Assembly: GCA_964543655.1 (NCBI GenBank)
Contig: CAZIZE010000011.1
Span: forward strand, 1-61,423
Origin: an uncultured bacterium
GTDB taxonomy: Bacteria > DYJV01
DNA length: 61,423 nucleotides
Reading direction: 5' to 3'
Shown here: positions 19,632-29,404 of the stretch, one piece after another
How positions within the stretch are numbered: the stretch's first letter is position 1
Layout of the letters: every line of letters starts with the position of its first letter
Notes under the pieces: generated by a model
Told to the model about the DNA's origin: nothing
Seen by the model: the letters and a program-made list of their open reading frames with translations, nothing else
Database searches by the model: none
Program-made: the position numbers and the translations under genes

Positions 19632-20972
19632 ATGAATGTAAGTTTTGACACAATATGTGCAATATCTACACCTGTTGGAATTGGTGGTATTTCTATTATT
19701 CGAATAAGTGGAAAAGATGCTCTAAAAATAGTAGAAAAGATATTTATTCCTAAAATTAATAATATAGAGACTCACAAAGTTTACTACGGTTTTATTAAGG
19801 ATAACTTCAGTGGAGAGAGCATTGATGAGGTACTTCTTTTAGTTATGCTCTCTCCAAAATCATATACTAAGGAAGATGTAGTTGAAATTCATTGCCATGG
19901 TGGTTATACTGCATCTAAAGAAGTCCTTAACCTTCTCATAAAAAATGGTGCTCGTTTAGCAGAGCCTGGCGAGTTTACTAAGAGAGCATTTCTCAATGGA
20001 AGAATTGATCTCACTCAGGTAGAGGCTGTTATAAACACAATTAATGCTCATAATAGCACTGCTCTGAAAATCAGTTCATCCAATCTCAATGGTAAATTAA
20101 AGAAAAAAATTTTAGATTTAAAAGATAATGTTATTAATTTAATCTCAGAAATAGAGAGTTTTATTGATTTTGAAGAATTTAGAGATGAAATTGAATTGGA
20201 AAACATAAAAAAGAAAATAGAGAATTTACAATATGAAGCAAAAAAGCTTATTGAATCATATAACAGGGTAAAAAGTTTTTTTGAAGGTGTAAAGATTGTT
20301 ATAGCTGGAATGCCAAATGTTGGAAAATCTTCTTTGCTAAATTATATTTTAAATGAAAACAGAGCAATTATTAGCAATATCCCCGGCACTACAAGGGATA
20401 CAATAGAAGAAGATTTTGATTTTGAAGGAATAAGGGTAAAAATAATAGATACTGCTGGTATAAGGGATACTGACGATGAAGTAGAGGCTGAAGGTGTGAA
20501 AAGAGCTTTTGCTAAAATTGAAGAAGCTGACCTGTTAATCTATCTTTTTGATATTTCTAAAGGATTAAGTGATTTTGACAAAAAAATATTAGATAGGTTT
20601 CAAAATAAAAAAATTTTTTTAGTTGGAAATAAATGTGACCTTATAAATGAAAATTTGGCAAAAGAGGAGTATTTGCCAATATCTGTGAAAAAAGAAATTA
20701 ATCTTGACTTTTTCAAAGAAAAATTAAAAACTATATTATTGGGAGACGAAAAATTTAACTTAAATGAAGCTTTTATCACCAATATTAGACAGTATGAAAC
20801 TATTTGCAATTTTAGTAGAATTTTAGATAGAATAGATTTTAATAATCAAACAATTGATATGATAAATTTTGAATTACAGGAAGCTTTAAATGAGCTTGGA
20901 AAGTTAAGTGGAGAAGTTACATCAGAAGATATTTTGGACAATATTTTTAAAAATTTTTGCATTGGGAAATAA
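19632..20972 (+). CDS. mnmE: tRNA modification GTPase MnmE
   Basis: DTICAIST, AEPGEFTKRAFLNG, GMPNVGKSS, GTTRD, C-terminal FCIGK. Confidence 0.97.
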   Translation: MNVSFDTICAISTPVGIGGISIIRISGKDALKIVEKIFIPKINNIETHKVYYGFIKDNFSGESIDEVLLLVMLSPKSYTKEDVVEIHCHGGYTASKEVLNLLIKNGARLAEPGEFTKRAFLNGRIDLTQVEAVINTINAHNSTALKISSSNLNGKLKKKILDLKDNVINLISEIESFIDFEEFRDEIELENIKKKIENLQYEAKKLIESYNRVKSFFEGVKIVIAGMPNVGKSSLLNYILNENRAIISNIPGTTRDTIEEDFDFEGIRVKIIDTAGIRDTDDEVEAEGVKRAFAKIEEADLLIYLFDISKGLSDFDKKILDRFQNKKIFLVGNKCDLINENLAKEEYLPISVKKEINLDFFKEKLKTILLGDEKFNLNEAFITNIRQYETICNFSRILDRIDFNNQTIDMINFELQEALNELGKLSGEVTSEDILDNIFKNFCIGK

Positions 20973-21094
20973 TTTAAGAATGGAGAATAGATTGGGTAAT
21001 GGTATGGAGTTTGACTTACAACTAACAACTAAATTCTGAATCCCTGACTTAACTTTGTATTAAAATAGAATAAAAGCTATAATGGAGGCTTAAA

Positions 21095-22453
21095 ATGATT
21101 AGAAAGCCCGCAGTAGCAGGTTCTTTTTACACAGCCAATCCCTCTAAATTAAAAGGTGAAATAGAAACATATCTGTCAAATGCTCAAAGTAGAGATATTG
21201 ATAATATTAAAGCTATTATTTCACCACATGCAGGATACTTTTACTCTGGACAGGTGGCAGCATACGGATATAAACAGGTTCAAAATAGAGTATTTGACAC
21301 AGTTGTTGTTTTTGCACCCTGTCACAGAGGTTTATTTGATGGTGTTTCAATATTTAATGGTGAAGGTTATGAGACTCCACTTGGTATTGTTCCAATAGAT
21401 TCTGAAACAGTTGAAGAACTCATTGGCAGTTCTGAACTTATAAATTTTTTACCTCAAGCTCATATTCAGGAGCATTCACTTGAAGTACAGGTGCCTTTTT
21501 TACAGGTTGTTCTTAATGATTTTAAATTAATTCCTGTGCTTGTTGGTACACAGGATATTAATCAACTTTATCAGGTAGCATCAATTATCAATGAAAAATT
21601 AAAACATAGAAATGTTCTCTATGTTGCCAGCACAGATCTTTCTCATTTTTACACCTCGGAAGCAGCTAAAAAATTAGATTATGTTGCAATAGAGCATATA
21701 AGAGATTTAGATCTTGAAGGGTTTTACAAAGCTATTGTATCCGGCAAAACTGAGGCATGCGGTGCCGGGCCTGTTATGATAGTTTTAACCCTTGCAAAGC
21801 TCAATAACTGGAATGGATGTGAAATTTTAAAGTATGCTGATTCTGGTGATGTTTCAGGAGATAAGTCAAATGTTGTTGGTTATCTTTCAGCTGTTATTTA
21901 TGCTAACAATAAAGATGAGAGCCTTACTGAGTATGAAAAAGAGGTTTTAAAAAAGATTGCAAAAGAAAGCATCAGAGCAAAACTTTTTAATGATAGATTC
22001 AATTTTGATTATAAAAGAACAGAAAATCTAAAACAGAAAAGGGGTGCTTTTGTAACATTACACAAAGATGGAAATTTGAGAGGTTGCATTGGTTACATTC
22101 AGGGAGTTGATAGCCTTGATAACACAGTGAAAAAAATGGCTATATCAGCTGCTTTTGAAGATCCAAGATTTCCTGCTTTAAGCAGAGATGAATTTAACAA
22201 GATAGATATTGAAATAAGTGCTTTAACTCCACTTAAAAGAATCAAAAATATAGAGGAGATAGAAGTAGGGAAACATGGAATTCTTATTATTAAAGGTTAC
22301 AACAGCGGATTATTACTCCCTCAGGTTGCAACAGAATATGGGTGGGATAGGTTAACGTTCCTTGATCAGACCTGCATTAAAGCAGGGCTTTATCCAGGAT
22401 GTTGGAAAGAAAAAGATGCAGAGATATATATTTTCAGTGCTGAAGTTTTTTAA
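21095..22453 (+). CDS. AmmeMemoRadiSam protein B (MEMO1) fused to protein A (AMMECR1)
   Basis: RKPAVAGSFY, PHAGYFYSG, EHSLEVQVPF, STDLSHF; then GAFVTL, LRGCIG, DPRF, LLLPQVA. Confidence 0.92.
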   Translation: MIRKPAVAGSFYTANPSKLKGEIETYLSNAQSRDIDNIKAIISPHAGYFYSGQVAAYGYKQVQNRVFDTVVVFAPCHRGLFDGVSIFNGEGYETPLGIVPIDSETVEELIGSSELINFLPQAHIQEHSLEVQVPFLQVVLNDFKLIPVLVGTQDINQLYQVASIINEKLKHRNVLYVASTDLSHFYTSEAAKKLDYVAIEHIRDLDLEGFYKAIVSGKTEACGAGPVMIVLTLAKLNNWNGCEILKYADSGDVSGDKSNVVGYLSAVIYANNKDESLTEYEKEVLKKIAKESIRAKLFNDRFNFDYKRTENLKQKRGAFVTLHKDGNLRGCIGYIQGVDSLDNTVKKMAISAAFEDPRFPALSRDEFNKIDIEISALTPLKRIKNIEEIEVGKHGILIIKGYNSGLLLPQVATEYGWDRLTFLDQTCIKAGLYPGCWKEKDAEIYIFSAEVF

Positions 22454-22469
22454 AAAGAAAGGGTAAAAA

Positions 22470-25400
22470 ATGCAATATGTTCATCTTCACACACATACAG
22501 AGTATTCATTGCTTGATGGTGCAATTAAAATAAAAGAGCTGATGAAAAAGGCAAAAGAGTATAACATGCCAGCTGTTGCAATTACAGATCATGGCAATAT
22601 GTATGGTGCAATAGAATTTTACAAAGAAGCTCAAAAATCAGAAATAAAGCCTATTATTGGTTGTGAGGTTTATGTTGCAAAAGGCTCAAGAAAGAAAAAG
22701 GAGAAGGCAAAAGATTCAGAAGAGAAAGGTTTAAATCATCTTATTTTACTTGCTAAAAATTTAACTGGCTATAAAAATCTTATGGCTCTTGTTTCCCTTG
22801 GATATTTAGAAGGTTTTTATTATAAACCAAGAATTGACTGGGAACTTCTTGAAAAATATAATGAAGGACTTATCTGTCTTTCAAGTTGTTTAAAGGGTGA
22901 GGTTGCAGAGACATTTTTAAATAAAGGTGAAAAACATGCATTTAAAATAGCAGAGAAATTTTTAAAGATTTTTAAAGAAGATTTCTATATTGAGCTTATG
23001 GACAATTCTATTCCAGAGCAGAAAATTGCAAATGAAGGATTGATTAGTATTGCCAATAAATTGTCAATCCCTGTTGTTGCAACAAATGATTGCCATTACC
23101 TTACAAGAGATATGGCAGAAAGCCACGATGTTTTGCTCTGTATTCAAACAGGCAGAACAATTAATGAACAGGGAAGAATGAAATTTTCATCTGATGACTT
23201 TTATTTTAAATCACCAGAGGAGATGGTTGCTGCTTTTGAAAATTTACCAGAAGCAATTTCAAATACAGTTGAAATTGCTAATAAATGCAATCTTATTTTA
23301 CAATTTGGAAAGTATGAATTCCCTGAAATTCCACTTGAAAAAGGGGAAACAGTTGAGGATAAATTTGAAAGAAAAGTTAAAGAAGGTTTTAAAAATAGAC
23401 TTGATGAGATTAAATCTCACTATAAAGAATTTACAGATGAAATTAAGAACAAGTACCTTGAGAGACTTGAAAGGGAGATAAGCACAATTAAAAAAATGGG
23501 CTTTTCTGGTTATTTTCTTATTGTTGAAGATTTTATTAATTATGCTAAAAACAACAATATCCCTGTTGGACCTGGTAGAGGCTCTGCTGCTGGAGCGCTT
23601 GTTGCCTACTGTTTGAAAATTACAGATATTGACCCAATACCATATAATTTGCTCTTTGAAAGATTTTTAAATCCTCAAAGGATATCTATGCCTGACATTG
23701 ATATAGATTTTTGCAATAGAAATAGAGAAAAAGTTATTAAATATGTTGTAAATAAGTATGGTGCTGACAAGGTATCTCAAATTGTTACATTTGGAAAGAT
23801 GAAAGCAAAAGCAGTTATAAGAGATGTGGGCAGGGTTCTTGAAATGCCATACAAAGATGTTGATAAAATTGCTAAAATGATTCCAAACAACTTAAATATA
23901 ACTCTTGATAAAGCAATAGAAGAAGAAACAGCTTTAAAAGAGTTAATAGAAAAAGATGAAAAAGTTGCTAAGTTAATAGAAATTTCAAAAGATCTTGAAG
24001 GCCTTTCAAGGCATTCATCAATTCATGCAGCTGGTATAGTTATTTCCAATAAACCTTTAATGGAGACTGTTCCACTTGCAATGACAAAAGATGGTGATGT
24101 TGTTACTCAATACAATATGAAGCATATAGAATCTGTTGGATTAATAAAATTTGATTTTCTTGGGTTAAGAAACCTTACAATTATTGATAATGCAATAAAA
24201 CTTGTAAAAAAATATAAAGATAAAAATTTCAATATAAAGGAAATTCCATTTGATGATAAAGCAACTTATGATCTCATTTCAGCAGGATACACAATAGGCG
24301 TGTTTCAACTTGAAAGCAGGGGAATGAGGGAGTTGCTTAAAAAGTTAAAACCAGATAGATTTGAAGATCTCATTGCTGTAGTTGCCCTTTATAGGCCAGG
24401 ACCACTTGGCAGTGGTATGGTAGATGATTTTATAGATATAAAACATGGCAAAAAAGAAGCGCATTATCCTTTGCCTGAGCTTGAGCCTATTCTAAAGGAT
24501 ACTTATGGAATTATATTGTATCAAGAACAGGTAATGCAGATAGCTCAAGTTCTTGCTGGTTATTCACTTGGTGAAGCTGATAAGCTTAGAAGAGCTATGG
24601 GGAAAAAGATTCCAGAAGAGATGCAGAAGCAAAAGGGTAGATTTTTAAATGGTTGTAAGGAAAATCAAATTCCTGAAAAAATTGCAGAAGATATTTTTGA
24701 AAAAATGGCTAAATTTGCAGAATATGGCTTTAATAAATCCCATTCAGCAGCATATGCATATATAGCTTATCAGACTGCATATTTAAAGACCCATTATCCA
24801 ATAGAGTTTATGACTGCTCTTTTAACAGAGGATAAAGAAAACTCTGATAAAGTGATTAAAGATATTAATGAGTGCAAAATTATGGGAATACAGATTTTGC
24901 CACCAGATATTAATGAAAGTGAATTTGACTTTACAGTTGCAAAAGATAAAATAAGATTTGGACTTGGTGCAATTAAGCATGTTGGAGAGAAAGCTATTAT
25001 TTCAATAATAGAAAATAGGAAAAAAGAGAAATATAAATCACTCTATGATTTCTGCTACAAAGTTGATCTTACTAAAGTGAATAAAAAAGTAATTGAAAGC
25101 CTTATAAAATCAGGAGCAATGGATAGTCTCCCATTAAATAGAGCTACCAAGTTGCACAACCTTGAGCAGATTTTATCTCAGGTGAATCTTGCAAAAAAAG
25201 AGCAGGAAGAGAATAAAAATGGTATTTTTGGTAAATTTTTTGAAAAAACTTCGTTTGAGGAGAGCATTAAAATAGAGGAGATAGAAGAATGGGAAGAATC
25301 AATTAAACTACAACAAGAGAGGGAGCTACTTGGCTTTTATATTTCCAGTCATCCGTTAAATAAATATAAAGATATTCTTGATAATTATAACAGTGCCTTT

Positions 25401-25943
25401 ATTGATGATATTCTATCAGGTGAATATAAAAGAGAAAATATTAAATTAGGTGGAATTATTGCTGAGGTAAAAACTCTTAAAACTAAAAGAAAAGCTGAAA
25501 AAATGGCAAGTATAATATTGGAGGATTTAACAGGGAAAATAGAAGTAGTTGTTTTTCCAAATATATATAGAGAAAATAGTGATATTATTAAGGAAGATAG
25601 CTTGATATTTATTAGAGGGACTCTTGATTTAAATGAATCTGGTGCAAAAATAATAGCAAATGAAATTGTGCCTTTAGGTGAAGCAGCTGAAAAATTTACA
25701 AATAAATTAAAAGTTAAATTTAATACTTTTCCTTCTAAAGATGATGTTGCGAAATTTTATAAATTGCTTTCAAAATATAGAGTTAAAAATGGCAATGCCC
25801 ACCATGAGTTAAAAGTAATTTTAAGGTTTCAAGAAGAAGGGGAAGTTTATATTAATTGTCCAAATTTTAAATTAAAAAATGTAGATGAAATTACAACAGA
25901 GTTACCTAAAAAGATTTCCAATATTGAGATAGCTCTTGAATGA
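22470..25943 (+). CDS. dnaE: DNA polymerase III alpha subunit
   Basis: PHP domain HLHTHTEYSLLDG, GRGSAAG, PDIDIDF, YGFNKSH, OB fold; no intein-sized insert. Confidence 0.98.
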   Translation: MQYVHLHTHTEYSLLDGAIKIKELMKKAKEYNMPAVAITDHGNMYGAIEFYKEAQKSEIKPIIGCEVYVAKGSRKKKEKAKDSEEKGLNHLILLAKNLTGYKNLMALVSLGYLEGFYYKPRIDWELLEKYNEGLICLSSCLKGEVAETFLNKGEKHAFKIAEKFLKIFKEDFYIELMDNSIPEQKIANEGLISIANKLSIPVVATNDCHYLTRDMAESHDVLLCIQTGRTINEQGRMKFSSDDFYFKSPEEMVAAFENLPEAISNTVEIANKCNLILQFGKYEFPEIPLEKGETVEDKFERKVKEGFKNRLDEIKSHYKEFTDEIKNKYLERLEREISTIKKMGFSGYFLIVEDFINYAKNNNIPVGPGRGSAAGALVAYCLKITDIDPIPYNLLFERFLNPQRISMPDIDIDFCNRNREKVIKYVVNKYGADKVSQIVTFGKMKAKAVIRDVGRVLEMPYKDVDKIAKMIPNNLNITLDKAIEEETALKELIEKDEKVAKLIEISKDLEGLSRHSSIHAAGIVISNKPLMETVPLAMTKDGDVVTQYNMKHIESVGLIKFDFLGLRNLTIIDNAIKLVKKYKDKNFNIKEIPFDDKATYDLISAGYTIGVFQLESRGMRELLKKLKPDRFEDLIAVVALYRPGPLGSGMVDDFIDIKHGKKEAHYPLPELEPILKDTYGIILYQEQVMQIAQVLAGYSLGEADKLRRAMGKKIPEEMQKQKGRFLNGCKENQIPEKIAEDIFEKMAKFAEYGFNKSHSAAYAYIAYQTAYLKTHYPIEFMTALLTEDKENSDKVIKDINECKIMGIQILPPDINESEFDFTVAKDKIRFGLGAIKHVGEKAIISIIENRKKEKYKSLYDFCYKVDLTKVNKKVIESLIKSGAMDSLPLNRATKLHNLEQILSQVNLAKKEQEENKNGIFGKFFEKTSFEESIKIEEIEEWEESIKLQQERELLGFYISSHPLNKYKDILDNYNSAFIDDILSGEYKRENIKLGGIIAEVKTLKTKRKAEKMASIILEDLTGKIEVVVFPNIYRENSDIIKEDSLIFIRGTLDLNESGAKIIANEIVPLGEAAEKFTNKLKVKFNTFPSKDDVAKFYKLLSKYRVKNGNAHHELKVILRFQEEGEVYINCPNFKLKNVDEITTELPKKISNIEIALE

Positions 25944-26081
25944 TTTTGAGGATGGTAAATGGAGTAAGGGGTTTGGAAAATATAATGAAAGCTTTGCACG
26001 GTAAAAAATAGCTAAATTTTAATACAACTTTAAATCTATTACTAACAACTATCAAAAAACAACTATGAGCAGGGGGAATAG

Positions 26082-26297
26082 ATGGAAAAATGTAAAAGAG
26101 AGGAAATTTTAAAAAATTGTGGTTGCACCTATTCAGGTTGTTCAAAAAAGGGAAAATGTTGTGACTGTATTGCATATCATAGAGAAATGAACCAGTTGCC
26201 AGGTTGTCTGTTTCCTTTAGAAGCTGAAAAAACTTATGATAGAAGTATAAAATATTATTGTGAAGTTATGAGTAAAAGGGGATTCAGATTATATTAG
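26082..26297 (+). CDS. Small Cys-rich protein (DUF6485-like)
   Basis: CGCTYSGCSKKGKCCDCIAYHR...LPGCLF...EKTYDRS; AGGGGG RBS. Confidence 0.75.
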   Translation: MEKCKREEILKNCGCTYSGCSKKGKCCDCIAYHREMNQLPGCLFPLEAEKTYDRSIKYYCEVMSKRGFRLY

Positions 26298-26522
26298 CTG
26301 GAAAAACCTGTTGACAATAAAATAGCCATGTAATAGAAGTTTGTAACTACAAAGTTTGTAGCTTTAAGTTTATTACTAAATAGTTGCAAGTACCAAAAGA
26401 TTATTTAAATGTAGAAGTATATTGAAACACAGGACTTTAGGTTTAATACTTTAAAATTTACTATTTGATTTTAAATTTGTTTTTATATAATAATTTTCAG
26501 AAAAATTTTATAAGGTGATAAA

Positions 26523-27629
26523 ATTATAGAAAATATTTTACAGATTACTGGTATTGCAAGTTTTGTTTCAATAGCTGCAACACAAATTTTGTATGGAATC
26601 CTAATTGTTTTTTTTCTGAAAAAAATTTACAATGAAAAAATTCCATTAAAAAGTTTTCCACACTGGCAATTTTTTATAATTTTCTTCATTATTGTTGAAG
26701 TATCAATTATTTTAAATTATCCTCAGGTAAAACATTTCCCTAAAAAGTTATTTCATTGGTGGTTATACCTACCGTTTTTTATAACCTATTTTTTTATAAC
26801 AACTGAAAAAGTTGCTCAAAAAGTGATAATCTGCTCATTAATTGGAGCATCTTTTTCTTCCTTGTATGGAGTGTATGAATTTATCTTTTTATCAGAAAGA
26901 GCAAAAGGCTTTTATTCTCATGCTCTTACATCTGCTAATAATTGGGCGCTTGCTCTTATTTTATCATATATTTTCCTCTTAAAAAGTAAATTTAGAGATA
27001 AATTTTTTGTTGTTACTACTTTAATTATTTCATTAGGGTTACTTTTATCAGAATCCAAAGGGCCAATACTTTACTTTTTTATCCTCTTTGTTTTTATAAA
27101 CTTTATATTTTTAAAGAAAAAAGGATTATTTATAAACATAGCTATTTCTTTATGTTTAATTGCTTCAATTATATTTGTAACTCCAATTCAAAAAAGATTT
27201 GCTGATATATACAAAGGGATTAACAATCCAAATACATCCACTGGTAACAGAGTTGTTCTATGGAAAAATACATTGAAAATTATTAAGAAACACCCTGTTA
27301 TAGGTATTGGCGGTGGATTTAAAAAAGAGATTGTTAAAGTTGTGGGGTTTAATTTAAAATGGAAATCACATCCTCATAATGCATATCTAACAGTTGCTGT
27401 TTTACATGGAATACCAGCTTTAATTGCCCTGATTTTGATTTTTATTCAGCTTTATTTAAAACTTTTTAAAAATAGCAATAATTTTTATGGAATATTGGGT
27501 ATTTTCTTCCTAACATTATATCTAATGGAAGGTTTTACAGAGAATAATTTTGGTGATTCTGAAGTGAAAATGTTTTTCTGGTTTATAATGGGGCTAATTT
27601 ATTCTCAATTAAGGTTCAATGAAAAATAA
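26523..27629 (+). CDS. O-antigen ligase family membrane protein (probable ATT/ATA start)
   Basis: Multi-TM; STGNRVVLW, HPVIGIG, HPHNAYL motifs; frame open from 26514 with AAGGTGA RBS. Confidence 0.85.
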   Translation: MIENILQITGIASFVSIAATQILYGILIVFFLKKIYNEKIPLKSFPHWQFFIIFFIIVEVSIILNYPQVKHFPKKLFHWWLYLPFFITYFFITTEKVAQKVIICSLIGASFSSLYGVYEFIFLSERAKGFYSHALTSANNWALALILSYIFLLKSKFRDKFFVVTTLIISLGLLLSESKGPILYFFILFVFINFIFLKKKGLFINIAISLCLIASIIFVTPIQKRFADIYKGINNPNTSTGNRVVLWKNTLKIIKKHPVIGIGGGFKKEIVKVVGFNLKWKSHPHNAYLTVAVLHGIPALIALILIFIQLYLKLFKNSNNFYGILGIFFLTLYLMEGFTENNFGDSEVKMFFWFIMGLIYSQLRFNEK

Positions 27630-28236
27630 AAGTATTGAAAAATATTATTTTGAGAAGAGAAATGATATTTTGCAACTTATTCCAGTTGAAGTTAAAACTA
27701 TTCTTGATGTTGGATGCGGCTCAGCTATTACCTATAAAGGTAAAAATTTTAATGTAACTGGAATAGAGATAGTTCCTGAAATTGCTAAATTTGCCAAAGA
27801 AAATATTTCATCTGTTATTGTTGGAAATGTTGAAAAACTTCCATTAAAAAACTGCTCTTTTGATTGTATTATTTTTGGGGATATTTTAGAGCATCTTAAA
27901 GATCCTTGGTCACTATTAATAGAGATAAAAAGATTTTTAAATGAGAATGGATTTGTAATAGCAAGTATTCCTAATTTACAATACTATAAAATTGTTAGAA
28001 AAATTTTAAAAGATAAATTTCATTATGAGGAATATGGGATTTTAGATATTGATCACTTGCGATTTTTTACTTTAAGTACAATAAAAGAGATGTTTAAAAA
28101 TGCAGGATTTAAAATAATTAAAATAGATAGAAAAATAAAATGGAAAATCCAGTATAAGATTATGAATTTCCTATTTTTTAATAGATTGGAAAATTTTTTT
28201 ACCTATCAATATTATATTCTTGCTCAAAAGAGATGA
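27619..28236 (+). CDS. Class I SAM-dependent methyltransferase (surface glycan associated)
   Basis: ILDVGCGS, FDCIIFGDILEHL, SIPN, GILDIDHLRFFT. Confidence 0.9.
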   Translation: MKNKSIEKYYFEKRNDILQLIPVEVKTILDVGCGSAITYKGKNFNVTGIEIVPEIAKFAKENISSVIVGNVEKLPLKNCSFDCIIFGDILEHLKDPWSLLIEIKRFLNENGFVIASIPNLQYYKIVRKILKDKFHYEEYGILDIDHLRFFTLSTIKEMFKNAGFKIIKIDRKIKWKIQYKIMNFLFFNRLENFFTYQYYILAQKR

Positions 28237-29198
28237 AAAAAGTTACAGTTATAATACCAAATTTCAATGGAGCAGAGCTTCTAAAAGAGAATCTTCCATT
28301 TGTGGTTAAAGCAGTAATCTATTCCAAATCAAAAGGTATAGATGCTTATATAATTGTTGTTGATGATTTTTCAAAAGATAACAGTATTGATGTTGTAAAG
28401 AGGTTTCAAAGGCAATATGATTTTATAAAACTAATTATAAATGATAAAAATTTAGGTTTTGCAAAATCTGTTCATATAGGGATTGAAAAAGCAAATTCAG
28501 AATCTATTATTCTTTTAAATAGCGATGTTATAGTTCCAGAAAATTTTATTTATAAAATATTAGAACCTTTTGAAAATGATAAAGTATTTGCAGTATCTCC
28601 TATTATTACAGATATTAACAAAGGTGTTTTAAGTGGTTCATACAAAGTACCTTTCTTAAAAAAAGGTGAGTTAAAATATTGCAAATGGAAACATTTAAAC
28701 TTTAAAAAAGAAAAATTACTGAAGACATTTTTTTGTGAAGGTGGCTCTGTGGCTATTAGCAGAGAAAAATATTTTTCAATAGAGGGGTTTGACCCAATTT
28801 ATGAGCCATTTTACTTTGAAGATACTGACCTTTGTGTAAAAGCATGGAAGAGAGGCTGGATTTCATACTTTTTTACAGAAGTAGAGGTAATACATAATCA
28901 CAAATCAACAATTTCAAAGTTTTTTTCCAAACAATATATAAAAAGAATTATGCGACGAAACCGGTTCATATTTTTATGGTCAAACTTGCCTATAAAATAC
29001 CTTTTTTTTATTCATGTTCCATTTATACTTTATAGATTAATTTTTTATTCTATAAAATTTGATTTTTCATACTTTTTAGGTTTTATTTCTGCACTGTTAT
29101 CTATAATGAAAATTAAGAAAAAAAGAGAGATAGAAGGTTGTGATTCTTTTTTTAAAATAATTGAAGAAATTAATAAAGATTTTAATAAAATAATTTGA
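28233..29198 (+). CDS. Family 2 glycosyltransferase
   Basis: VIIPNFNG, VVDDFSKD, NLGFA, LLNSD, YFEDTDLC. Confidence 0.93.
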   Translation: MKKVTVIIPNFNGAELLKENLPFVVKAVIYSKSKGIDAYIIVVDDFSKDNSIDVVKRFQRQYDFIKLIINDKNLGFAKSVHIGIEKANSESIILLNSDVIVPENFIYKILEPFENDKVFAVSPIITDINKGVLSGSYKVPFLKKGELKYCKWKHLNFKKEKLLKTFFCEGGSVAISREKYFSIEGFDPIYEPFYFEDTDLCVKAWKRGWISYFFTEVEVIHNHKSTISKFFSKQYIKRIMRRNRFIFLWSNLPIKYLFFIHVPFILYRLIFYSIKFDFSYFLGFISALLSIMKIKKKREIEGCDSFFKIIEEINKDFNKII

Positions 29199-29276
29199 AA
29201 TTATCTAATTTACTTTACAATTTTCTACTTGAAATGACATTTGTAATATTCTTAAATTGTTGTTATTAAAGTATCT

Positions 29277-29302
29277 TTCAACGTTGGACTATAAACGTTG
29301 AA
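29277..29302. terminator. Hairpin between convergent GT2 and radical SAM genes
   Basis: TTCAACGTT-GGACTATA-AACGTTGAA, no strong U tail. Confidence 0.4.
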
Positions 29303-29404
29303 CCGTGAATTTGTATAACAACCATTCTATTAAGGATAAATTTTGATACAAAATCAGGAATATTTCTGAATATAGATATAAAATTATCAATGATTAATCT
29401 TGAA

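Noticed and set aside
25994..26012. Sigma54 promoter within the 34-bp repeat
   Set aside because: TTGCAC lacks the -24 GG and there is no TTGC at the -12 position
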